Shown here one piece after another: positions 44,701 through 52,868 of a stretch of 52,868 nt of DNA. Within the stretch, counting starts at the first letter, position 1. Each line of letters opens with the position of its first letter. The notes beneath the pieces are model-generated. The model searched no databases and was not told where the DNA came from. It saw nothing but the letters and a program-made list of their open reading frames with translations. This stretch comes from an uncultured Acetatifactor sp. (GTDB lineage: Bacteria; Bacillota; Clostridia; Lachnospirales; Lachnospiraceae): the NCBI GenBank assembly GCA_944381545.1, contig CALWLO010000001.1, positions 1 to 52,868 of the forward strand, given 5' to 3'. Both the position numbers and the translations under genes were made by a program.

Positions 44701-46923
44701 TCATTGCTCCTCCCTGCGCTTCGCCAGTTCTTCGATCCGCTGACCCAGAGAGGTGTAACGTCTGTTTTCACTGACGTTGTCTATCATGCTGCGCAAGGTC
44801 TCACTGCTGCCTAAAATCGTAACACAGCTTCTGGCCCTGGTGACTGCAGTATATAAAAGATTACGGTTAAACAGCATCCTCGGCCCGGTCAACAGCGGCA
44901 AAATCACTGCCGGATACTCACTGCCCTGGGATTTATGGATGGTGATGGCATAGGAAAGTTCCAGCTCCTCCAGAAGGGAAAAAGGATATGTCACCCTTCT
45001 GCCTTCATCAAATTCTACTACCAGCTCCAGAGTATCCTCCCGGATCTCCAGGATCCGTCCCATATCTCCGTTGAATACCCCCATCCCTTTATCCACGGGA
45101 ATGCCATAACGGCTGACAATCTCCCATTCCAGCTGGTAATTATTACGCACCTGCATGACCTTATCTCCTTCCCGGTAGATGGTCTCCCCCGTCATATGCT
45201 CCCGCTTGCTGTCGTCAGGGGGATTCAGATATTGCTGCAGAATCCCATTTAAGACCTCCACTCCCAGACTGCCCTTCCTCATTGGCGTCAAAACCTGAAT
45301 ATCATAGGGAGCGGCCTGCACATATGGAGGCAGCTTTTCCCGGATCAACTGGATCATATGCTTGTAGATCACATTCACATCGCTGCGTTCCAGGAAGAAG
45401 AAATCTCTGCTCTTATTATCCAGAGCTATCTGTTCTCCCCGATTGATATGATGGGCATTGACAACAATGTCGCTTTCCCCCGCCTGCCGGAAGATCTTCC
45501 GCAGCACTACCATGGGAAAAGCCTCCGACTGCATGATATCCCTCAGCACCTGTCCCGGCCCCACGCTGGGCAGCTGATCCACATCTCCTACCAGGATCAG
45601 TCTGGTTCCCGGCGCTATGGCTTTCAGCAGCGCCTGAAACAACTGCAGATCTACCATGGACATCTCGTCAATGATAACCACATCCGTCTCCAGGGGATTC
45701 TCTTCATTTTTTTCAAAACGGATACTGCGTTTGTCCTCATCAGATACAGCCCCGTTTAATTCCAGCATCCGGTGAATGGTTCGGGCTTCAAATCCGGTCG
45801 CCTCCGTCATGCGTTTTGCTGCCCGGCCCGTGGGAGCTGCCAGAAAGATGTCATAGCCCTCCCGTTCAAAATACCGGATGATGGTATTGATGGTGGTGGT
45901 TTTCCCCGTGCCGGGGCCTCCGGATAAGATAAAAAGGCCATTCTGGATCGCCTCGATCACAGCCCGGTATTGCAGTTCATCCAGCCGGATGCGGATCTCC
46001 CCGGTAATCCGGTCAATCATCCGGCGCACATGTTCTTCCTCCTGCCGCATGGGGATATTCAGCTGATGCAGCATATTAGCGCAATTCAATTCCGCATAAT
46101 AGTAAGCGGAAGCATACACCCTTTCCCCTTTGATGACCAGCTTTTTATCCATCATCAGCTTATCAAGCTGGGGGCGGATATTTTCCTCCGCTACGCCCAA
46201 CAATGCACTGGCCCTCTTCAGAAGGACATCCATGGGCAGATAGCAGTGTCCCTCCCCTACCGACTGCAGCAGGGTGTAAAATACACCGCTGCGGATTCGA
46301 TAGTCGGAGTCGGTATGGATGCCGATTCTGCGGGCAATCTCATCCGCAAGCTTAAAGCCGATGCCATGAATATCCTCCGCCAGCCGATAGGGATTTTCTT
46401 TCAAAATACTGTACAATGTCATACCGTAGATATCATAAATCCGCAAAGCCAATGTATTAGAGATACCGAACTGCTGTAGGTAAATCAATGCCTCCCGCAG
46501 TTCCCGCTTTTCCTCCATCTGCCGGGCAATCTCATGGGCTTTCCGCTCGCTGATACCTTTAATCTCCGCCAGGCGTTCCGGTTCCTCTTCCATGATGCGG
46601 AAGGTATCATCGCCGAATTTTTTCACGATGCGCGCCGCCAGGGCTGCTCCCACACCCTTGATTGCACCGGAACCCAGATAGCGTTCCATGCTTACCCGAT
46701 CCTTAGGCGCCACTATCCGATAGGCGCTGATTTTAAACTGCGTGCCATACACGGGATGTTCCGTATATTCTCCCTGAGCTTCTAAGGTCTCTCCCTCTGT
46801 CAGCCCCCGGCAGATGCCCACGCAGGTCATCTCCGTCCCTTCTCCCGTCAACTCCATCACCGTATATCCGTTTTCAGGATTCTGATAGATAATGTGCTCC
46901 ACATATCCACTGATTGTATTCAT
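44701..46923 (-). CDS. recD2: ATP-dependent RecD2 DNA helicase
   Basis: IKGVG HhH, NPYRL, GGPGTGKTT, APTGRAAKR, TIHRML, IIDEMSM, GDVDQLPSVG, YAITIHKSQGSE, LYTAVTRA. Start MNTISG. Confidence 0.95.
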   Translation of the reverse strand: MNTISGYVEHIIYQNPENGYTVMELTGEGTEMTCVGICRGLTEGETLEAQGEYTEHPVYGTQFKISAYRIVAPKDRVSMERYLGSGAIKGVGAALAARIVKKFGDDTFRIMEEEPERLAEIKGISERKAHEIARQMEEKRELREALIYLQQFGISNTLALRIYDIYGMTLYSILKENPYRLAEDIHGIGFKLADEIARRIGIHTDSDYRIRSGVFYTLLQSVGEGHCYLPMDVLLKRASALLGVAEENIRPQLDKLMMDKKLVIKGERVYASAYYYAELNCANMLHQLNIPMRQEEEHVRRMIDRITGEIRIRLDELQYRAVIEAIQNGLFILSGGPGTGKTTTINTIIRYFEREGYDIFLAAPTGRAAKRMTEATGFEARTIHRMLELNGAVSDEDKRSIRFEKNEENPLETDVVIIDEMSMVDLQLFQALLKAIAPGTRLILVGDVDQLPSVGPGQVLRDIMQSEAFPMVVLRKIFRQAGESDIVVNAHHINRGEQIALDNKSRDFFFLERSDVNVIYKHMIQLIREKLPPYVQAAPYDIQVLTPMRKGSLGVEVLNGILQQYLNPPDDSKREHMTGETIYREGDKVMQVRNNYQLEWEIVSRYGIPVDKGMGVFNGDMGRILEIREDTLELVVEFDEGRRVTYPFSLLEELELSYAITIHKSQGSEYPAVILPLLTGPRMLFNRNLLYTAVTRARSCVTILGSSETLRSMIDNVSENRRYTSLGQRIEELAKRREEQ

Positions 46924-46937
46924 ATTTATACCCCCGC

Positions 46938-46962
46938 ATAGCACAAGCCTTGCTTGTGCTAT
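46938..46962 (-). repeat. Dispersed hairpin-RBS element, copy 3
   Basis: Minus strand ATAGCACAAGC-AAG-GCTTGTGCTAT, then GCGGGGG-N7-ATG of recD2. Confidence 0.75.
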
Positions 46963-47020
46963 TGTACCTATGAGAATTTGAAAGCGCCGGCTTTCAAACT
47001 TGGTCCCTTTATCGCTGAAA

Positions 47021-47049
47021 AAAGGCTGCTTTTACAATCAGCAGCCTTT
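47021..47049 (-). terminator. Terminator of the mbl-flagellar rod operon
   Basis: AAAGGCTGCT...AGCAGCCTTT followed by a T tract on the minus strand. Confidence 0.75.
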
Positions 47050-47053
47050 GTAT

Positions 47054-47413
47054 TTATTCTATCGTTCTCTTCATTTGTTCATATAGCATCTGGGCCAGCC
47101 CCAAACTGTTCTGTTCCGTGGAGTCCTCTGCCATCTGCTGGATCATCTGCTCCTTATAATAATCCATCAGAGAAGTACTGGAGCCCGACATTTCCTCTGT
47201 GCTGTAGCTGGGAACTGTCTTCTCCATGGCTTTAAACATCTGCTCCAGGAAGTAGGCCTCAAACTGCTTACAGGCATCCATCAGTTCCTCATCGGAGGCA
47301 CTGCTGTAATCTGTCTGCAGCTGCCCTTCCAGTTTGGAGGCCGACGCATTTTCCGCCGCCATACTGGTCATGCTGTTGATACTGCTTGTATTCCATAGAT
47401 TACCGATATCCAT
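47054..47413 (-). CDS. FlgJ-like rod-binding-domain protein
   Basis: LMDACKQFEAYFLEQMFKAMEKTV and GLAQMLYEQM; no muramidase domain. Confidence 0.85.
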   Translation of the reverse strand: MDIGNLWNTSSINSMTSMAAENASASKLEGQLQTDYSSASDEELMDACKQFEAYFLEQMFKAMEKTVPSYSTEEMSGSSTSLMDYYKEQMIQQMAEDSTEQNSLGLAQMLYEQMKRTIE

Positions 47414-47461
47414 TGTCTAAGCTCCTGTTTCTTCAAGTCCCGCATATGCCGGGGGACTCTG

Positions 47462-48280
47462 TTATCTCCTCAGATTATTAGCCTGCTGCATCATTTCATC
47501 CGATGCCGTAATGGCCTTGGAATTCATCTCGTAAGCCCGCTGCGCCACAATCATATTGACCATCTCATCCACCACCTGTACGTTGGAACCCTCCAGGTAA
47601 TACTGAATTACCTCACTTTTTTCCACATTATTGCTGGTGAACTCATTGATGGGCTGTCCGCTGGCCGCAGTTTCTGCAAACAGGCTGTCTGCCAGACGCT
47701 CTAACCCCGCCGGATTATTAAACTGCGTCAGACCGATCCGGATTCCCAGGGATTGAGGAATATTCCTTGCATCCGGGTAACAGATCTCTCCATCTTCCGT
47801 AACCGTGATCCGGCTGACCACATAGCTGCTGTTTAAAATGATGGGATCTCCATCCGTATCCAGTACCGGAAGACCGTCCGAGGTTGCCAGCATATTGGCG
47901 CCATTCTCTCCCAGTGTCCAGTCAAAATTGCCGTTTCTGGTATAATATGTATTGCCGTCCCCTCCCTGTACACTGAAAAACCCTTTTCCATCAATCGCAA
48001 AAGAGGTTTCCTTTTCGGATGAAAGCAGAGAGCCCTGGGTAAATATGGGGGTAATAGAAGCATTACGCACACCCAGACCCACCTGTGCGCTGGTAGGCTT
48101 AGGAGTCCCGTCAGCTGTAGTAGTCCTCTGCTGCAGATTCTGGTACAGAAGGGACTTGAATTCATTTACTTCTGTCTTGTATCCGGTAGTATTCACATTT
48201 GCCAGATTGTTGGCAATGGTATCCACATTCGTCTGCTGTGCGATCATGCCGGTCGCCGCTGTCCATAAACTCCGAACCAT
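47462..48280 (-). CDS. flgG: Flagellar basal-body rod protein (FlgG/FlhP-like)
   Basis: SLWTAATGM.AQQ..VDTIANNLANVNTTGYK, YTRNGNF, LEGSNV.VVDEMVNMIVAQRAYE. Confidence 0.9.
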   Translation of the reverse strand: MVRSLWTAATGMIAQQTNVDTIANNLANVNTTGYKTEVNEFKSLLYQNLQQRTTTADGTPKPTSAQVGLGVRNASITPIFTQGSLLSSEKETSFAIDGKGFFSVQGGDGNTYYTRNGNFDWTLGENGANMLATSDGLPVLDTDGDPIILNSSYVVSRITVTEDGEICYPDARNIPQSLGIRIGLTQFNNPAGLERLADSLFAETAASGQPINEFTSNNVEKSEVIQYYLEGSNVQVVDEMVNMIVAQRAYEMNSKAITASDEMMQQANNLRR

Positions 48281-48333
48281 ATTTTTACCTCCTGCATACC
48301 GCTTCTTACGGCGCTTATATTCTTTTCACCCGT

Positions 48334-49113
48334 TTATCTGAGTCTGCCCAGCTGGTTTACTGCAATGTCCAGGCTCTCATCATAGGTCTGCACAATCTTC
48401 TGATTGGTCTCATAGGCTCTGGTGACATTGATCATATTGACCATCTCTGTCACCACGGACATGTTGGACATCTCCAGCACCCCAGATTCCACCTGTGCAT
48501 CGCCTTCTATCAGGCTTGCCCCTTCCCTGGGCTGGAAAAAGGTATCGCCGTACTTCTCCAGATAATCATAGTCCTCAAAATCCGCCACCTGAATCCGGGC
48601 TACGGCCTCGCCCTCCTGATAGATGGTTCCCGTCTCATCAATCGTGGAATCCACCAGTGTGTTTAACTGGATCCGGCGGTTCTGTGTATCCAGCACATAC
48701 ATACCGTCATGATTTACCAGATACCCCTCCTGGGTCAGGGTGAAGTCGCCTGCCCGGGTATATTTGGTAGATGTCTCCCCTGCGCTGTTGGTGTATTCCA
48801 GGGCGAAGAAACCGCTTCCGGACAGTGCCAGGTCATAGGTATTGCCTGTGATCCGGAAAGACCCCTGGCTGTAATCCGTATAATTCTCACCAATCTTTAC
48901 GCCCAGCCGGTTTAAGCCGATGGGCTGTATATTGCCCAGCCCCACCGAGGAGTCCTTCACTTTTACTGCCAGCACATCCCGAAAAGCCTGACTGGTGGAG
49001 CCTTCCTTCTTAAAGCCCACCGTCGAGGCATTCGCCAGATTATTCGTTAAGATATCCATACGGTTCTGTTCATTGCGCAGTCCCGTATGCGCCGTATAAA
49101 GTCCTCGCAGCAT
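48334..49113 (-). CDS. Flagellar basal-body rod protein (FlgF/FlhO-like)
   Basis: MLRGLYTA, NNLANASTVGFK, YTRAGDF, LEMSN.SVVTEMV.MI...RAYE. Confidence 0.88.
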   Translation of the reverse strand: MLRGLYTAHTGLRNEQNRMDILTNNLANASTVGFKKEGSTSQAFRDVLAVKVKDSSVGLGNIQPIGLNRLGVKIGENYTDYSQGSFRITGNTYDLALSGSGFFALEYTNSAGETSTKYTRAGDFTLTQEGYLVNHDGMYVLDTQNRRIQLNTLVDSTIDETGTIYQEGEAVARIQVADFEDYDYLEKYGDTFFQPREGASLIEGDAQVESGVLEMSNMSVVTEMVNMINVTRAYETNQKIVQTYDESLDIAVNQLGRLR

Positions 49114-49169
49114 AAGCCTGCCTCCTTATCTATTCGCATATCCTATAACGGAAATCCCCACCGCTTAGC

Positions 49170-50159
49170 TCAATCTTCACGGTAGCCGGCCAGGAACTCC
49201 ACGTATTTACCCGTACCGATGGCCACCGCAGTCATCGGATCCTCCGCCGTCATGGTATTGATTCCGGTCTTGGCGGAAATCAGATCCTCCAGGCCCCGCA
49301 GCAGGCTGCCGCCTCCTGTCAGTACGATCCCTCTGTCGGCAATATCCGCTGCCAGCTCGGGAGGAGTCTTCTCCAGCACGCTGTGGATCGTCTCCACGAT
49401 CTGGGCTGTGGTCTCCCGCAGCGCCTCCTCTGTCTCCTCGGAAGACACTTTTACTGTCTTGGGCAGACCCGTCACCAGGTTACGGCCCCGGACATCCATA
49501 TAGTCAACCTCCGGTCTCTTATAAGCGGAACCGATCTTAATCTTCAGATCCTCGGCAGTACGCTCACCGATCAGCAGGTTATGTTTCTTACGCATATAAC
49601 GAACGATCGCCTCGTCAAAATCATCTCCGGCAATCTTAATAGAAGCGCTGACCACAGTGCCTCCCAGTGAAATCACTGCAATATCGGAAGTACCGCCGCC
49701 AATATCCACGATCATATTGCCGCAGGGCTTGGAAATATCAATACCTGCGCCGATGGCAGCCGCAATCGGCTCCTCAATGATAAACACCTCCCTGGCGCCT
49801 GCCTGGTAGGTAGCGTCCTCTACCGCTTTTTTCTCTACCTCTGTCACGCCGCTGGGAACACAGACGGCGATGCGGGGCTTACGAAAAGTTCTCTTGCCCA
49901 ACGCCTTCTGGATAAAATACTTCATCATCTTCTCGGTAACGGTATAGTCGGAGATTACGCCCTGGCGCAGGGGTCTGACTGCCACAATATTGCCGGGAGT
50001 ACGTCCCAGCATCAGCCGGGCATCCTCTCCGATGGCTTTAATCTTATTGGTATCCCTATCGAAAGCTACAACAGACGGCTCCTTCAGGACTACTCCCTTT
50101 CCTCTGATGTAAACTAAAATGCTGGCGGTTCCCAGATCTATTCCGATATCTGTATACAT
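49170..50159 (-). CDS. mbl: MreB-family rod shape protein, probably Mbl from synteny with the flhO/flhP-like genes
   Basis: IGIDLGTA, EPSVVA, RPLRQGVI, EEPIAAAIGAG, VDIGGGT, LTGGGSLL. Confidence 0.9.
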   Translation of the reverse strand: MYTDIGIDLGTASILVYIRGKGVVLKEPSVVAFDRDTNKIKAIGEDARLMLGRTPGNIVAVRPLRQGVISDYTVTEKMMKYFIQKALGKRTFRKPRIAVCVPSGVTEVEKKAVEDATYQAGAREVFIIEEPIAAAIGAGIDISKPCGNMIVDIGGGTSDIAVISLGGTVVSASIKIAGDDFDEAIVRYMRKKHNLLIGERTAEDLKIKIGSAYKRPEVDYMDVRGRNLVTGLPKTVKVSSEETEEALRETTAQIVETIHSVLEKTPPELAADIADRGIVLTGGGSLLRGLEDLISAKTGINTMTAEDPMTAVAIGTGKYVEFLAGYRED

Positions 50160-50254
50160 ATGTTATTGCCCCTTTCTCATGGTATCTATGATAATGTTTC
50201 CACATTTTACCTAAATTAATCCATCCATATTGCAGACGCATAACGGCAAATTAC

Positions 50255-50282
50255 ATTATACATGAAAACCTTTCATTTTCAA
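50255..50282 (-). promoter_or_regulatory. Probable SigA promoter of mbl, overlapped by an inverted repeat
   Basis: TTGAAA, 16-bp spacer, TATAAT. Inverted repeat ATGAAAACCTTT/AAAGGGGTTTCAT at 50262-50293. Confidence 0.55.
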
Positions 50283-50310
50283 AGGGGTTTCATAAAATTT
50301 TCAAAAATTT

Positions 50311-50356
50311 TGGACGCATAAAAGAAAACGGTTCCTTCCGTCCTTTTATGCGTCCA
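50311..50356. terminator. Stem-loop after uvrA
   Basis: Perfect 14-bp stem TGGACGCATAAAAG...CTTTTATGCGTCCA. Confidence 0.65.
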
Positions 50357-50396
50357 TGCTTTTCATTAAAATATATCGGCCCTCTCGTCCGATTGC

Positions 50397-52868
50397 TTAA
50401 CCCTTTTCCAGCATTTTTTTCACATAAATACCTGTATAAGAGCCGGGTATCCGGGCAACCTCCTCCGGCGTCCCCTGGGCGATAACCGTCCCGCCCCTGT
50501 CCCCGCCTTCGGGACCCATGTCAATAATATAATCGGCCGTCTTAATCACGTCCAGATTATGCTCGATAACAATCACCGTATTGCCGCCGTCTGCCAGCTT
50601 ATGGAGGATCTCCACCAGCTTGTGCACATCCGCAAAATGCAGTCCGGTGGTAGGCTCGTCCAGAATGTAGACCGTCCTGCCGGTACTCCTGCGGGACAGC
50701 TCGGCGGCCAGCTTGATCCTCTGCGCCTCTCCTCCGGACAGAGTTGTGGACGGCTGGCCCAGCTTCACATAGGATAATCCCACATCATACAGGGTCTGGA
50801 TCTTGTTGCGGACAGAGGGTACATTTTCAAAAAAAGGAAGCGCCTCCTCCACTGTCATATCCAGCACATCATAAATGCTCTTTCCCTTATACTTCACGTC
50901 CAGGGTCTCCCTGTTGTAGCGTTTACCGCCGCAGACCTCGCAGGGAACATACACATCCGGCAGAAAATGCATCTCGATCTTGATAATTCCGTCCCCGCTG
51001 CAGGCCTCGCAGCGCCCGCCCTTCACATTAAAGCTGAAGCGCCCCTTGTTATAGCCCCTGGCTTTGGCATCCGGCGTGGAGGCAAACAGATCCCGGATCA
51101 TGTCAAACACGCCGGTATAGGTGGCCGGGTTGGATCTGGGGGTGCGGCCGATGGGGGACTGGTCAATATCGATCACTTTGTCCAGCTGCTCGATCCCCTG
51201 GATCCCCTTATGCTTGCCCGGAATCACCCTGGCCCGGTTCAGATCCCGGGAAAGATGCTTGTTCAGGATCTCATTGACCAAGGAACTCTTACCTGAGCCC
51301 GACACGCCGGTAACGCAGGTCACGACGCCCAGGGGAAAGGCCACGTCCACATTTTTCAGATTATGCTCCGCCGCCCCCAGCACCTTGATGTAGCCGGTGG
51401 GTTTGCGGCGCACCTTAGGCACGGGTATGGACTTTCTGCCGCTTAAATACTGGCCGGTGACAGATTCCTCCACCTGCATGATCTCCTGAGCCGTACCCAC
51501 AGCCACTACCTCGCCGCCATGTGAACCGGCGCCGGGGCCGATATCCACGATATAGTCGGCCGCCAGCATGGTATCCTCGTCATGCTCCACGACAATCAGC
51601 GTATTGCCCAGATCCCGCAGATGCTTTAAGGTGGCCAGCAGCTTGTCATTATCCCGCTGATGCAGGCCGATACTGGGTTCATCCAGGATATAGCACACAC
51701 CCACCAGACCGGAGCCGATCTGGGTGGCCAAACGGATCCGCTGGGCTTCACCGCCGGAGAGACTGGCCGTCCCCCGGGCCAGGGAGAGATAATCCAGCCC
51801 CACATCCAGCAGGAATTTCACCCGGGCTCGAATCTCCTTTAACAGCTGTTTGCCGATCAGCTCCTGCTGGGGCGTCAGCTGCAGATGCATGACAAAATCG
51901 TAAAGATCCGTGATGGACAGAGCCGTCACCTCATAAATATTTTTATCCCCTACCGTCACCGCCAGAGCTTCCCTCTTCAGGCGCATTCCCTTACATTCCT
52001 TACAGGGCGTAATGCGCATAAAGCTCTCATACTCCGCCTTGGAGCTTTCAGAAGCCGTCTCACGGTAGCGCCGCTCCACACTGCGGATCAGCCCCTCAAA
52101 GGCAATGGGATACACACCCTTGCCCCGCTGCCCCTCATAATATACCTGAACCTCCCTGCCCTCCGTGCCATGAATCAGAATATTTTTGATCTTATCGGGA
52201 TAATCCCCAAAAGGGGTATCCAGATCGAAATGATATTCCTTGCACAGAGCCTGCAGTATAGCGTTGGTGAAGCTTCCTTTGGCATTGCAGGACTGCCAGC
52301 CCATGACTGCTATCGCCCCCTCATTGATGGACAGCCGCTGATCCGGGATCATCAGCTCCACATCAAACTCCATCTTATAGCCCAGGCCGAAGCACACCGG
52401 ACAGGCGCCGAAAGGATTATTAAATGAGAAGCTTCGCGGCTCCACCTCGCTGATGCTGATGCCGCAGTCAGGGCAGGAAAAACTTTCGGAAAAGCTCAAG
52501 GTCTCTCCCCCTATGACGTCCACCTCCAGCAGCCCCTCTGCCAGCTCCAGCACATTCTCAATGGAATCCGCCAGACGCTTCTGTATACCGTCCTTTACCA
52601 CCAGGCGATCCACCACGATCTCAATATTATGCTTAATGTTTTTCTCCAGGGGAATTTCCTCTGAAAGTTCATACAGATTGCCGTCCACCCGCACTCTGAC
52701 ATAGCCGCTTCTCTTGGCCCGGTCAAACACCTTCTCATGCATCCCTTTACGGCCTCTGACCACCGGAGCCAGCAGCTGGATCCGGGTGCCTTCTCCCAGC
52801 TCCATGATCTGATCCACCATCTGATCCACCGTCTGTTTCGCAATGACTCTGCCGCACTTGGGACAGTG
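50397..52868 (-). CDS. uvrA: Excinuclease ABC subunit A, 5' end outside the window
   Basis: [12 protein letters not shown], two LSGGEAQRI signatures, [34 protein letters not shown]. The frame is open to the window edge (HCPKCG). Confidence 0.98.
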   Translation of the reverse strand, partial: HCPKCGRVIAKQTVDQMVDQIMELGEGTRIQLLAPVVRGRKGMHEKVFDRAKRSGYVRVRVDGNLYELSEEIPLEKNIKHNIEIVVDRLVVKDGIQKRLADSIENVLELAEGLLEVDVIGGETLSFSESFSCPDCGISISEVEPRSFSFNNPFGACPVCFGLGYKMEFDVELMIPDQRLSINEGAIAVMGWQSCNAKGSFTNAILQALCKEYHFDLDTPFGDYPDKIKNILIHGTEGREVQVYYEGQRGKGVYPIAFEGLIRSVERRYRETASESSKAEYESFMRITPCKECKGMRLKREALAVTVGDKNIYEVTALSITDLYDFVMHLQLTPQQELIGKQLLKEIRARVKFLLDVGLDYLSLARGTASLSGGEAQRIRLATQIGSGLVGVCYILDEPSIGLHQRDNDKLLATLKHLRDLGNTLIVVEHDEDTMLAADYIVDIGPGAGSHGGEVVAVGTAQEIMQVEESVTGQYLSGRKSIPVPKVRRKPTGYIKVLGAAEHNLKNVDVAFPLGVVTCVTGVSGSGKSSLVNEILNKHLSRDLNRARVIPGKHKGIQGIEQLDKVIDIDQSPIGRTPRSNPATYTGVFDMIRDLFASTPDAKARGYNKGRFSFNVKGGRCEACSGDGIIKIEMHFLPDVYVPCEVCGGKRYNRETLDVKYKGKSIYDVLDMTVEEALPFFENVPSVRNKIQTLYDVGLSYVKLGQPSTTLSGGEAQRIKLAAELSRRSTGRTVYILDEPTTGLHFADVHKLVEILHKLADGGNTVIVIEHNLDVIKTADYIIDMGPEGGDRGGTVIAQGTPEEVARIPGSYTGIYVKKMLEKG

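Noticed and set aside
49144-49168. Sigma-28 promoter upstream of the flagellar rod genes (TAAG...TCCGTTAT)
   Set aside because: Both boxes are mismatched and the 11-nt spacing after TAAG is short of the consensus.
1-52868. tRNA, rRNA, riboswitch, prophage, reverse transcriptase or cas genes
   Set aside because: None recognised by eye. An Infernal/Rfam scan would be needed to exclude small RNAs formally.

Overview
A chromosomal segment from a Clostridia-type bacterium, most likely Lachnospiraceae (inferred from gene families and gene order). Nearly all genes are on the minus strand. Positions 1-29.3 kb form a large cell-envelope locus. It holds a Wzm/Wzt ABC exporter, four secreted proteins with C-terminal DUF4214-type repeats (a beta-helix protein, a Cwp84-like papain protease, a GH73-type glucosaminidase and one unknown), GT4/GT2 glycosyltransferases, a CapD-like dehydratase, an epimerase, two priming phosphoglycosyltransferases, an EpsG/Wzy polymerase and a Wzz-like protein. 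Positions 29.4-35.2 kb are a variable patch: a stand-alone Spo0A DNA-binding-domain gene enclosed by a perfect 12-bp inverted repeat and 0A boxes, an AT-rich orphan A-T-C NRPS-like gene, a GtrB-like GT2, and an Rpn-like PD-(D/E)XK nuclease with a strong internal ribosome-binding site. Positions 35.6-52.9 kb are housekeeping: DUF212, leuA, HPr, cdaA-cdaR-glmM, yvyF-like, comF, recD2, flagellar rod genes, mbl/mreB and partial uvrA. The best candidates for new biology are the DUF4214/polysaccharide surface-anchoring locus (with a duplicated adaptor+GT4 module and a GT4-Stealth-like fusion), the inverted-repeat-enclosed Spo0A_C gene, and a recurrent hairpin fused to ribosome-binding sites. All family assignments were made by eye from motifs; no searches were run.
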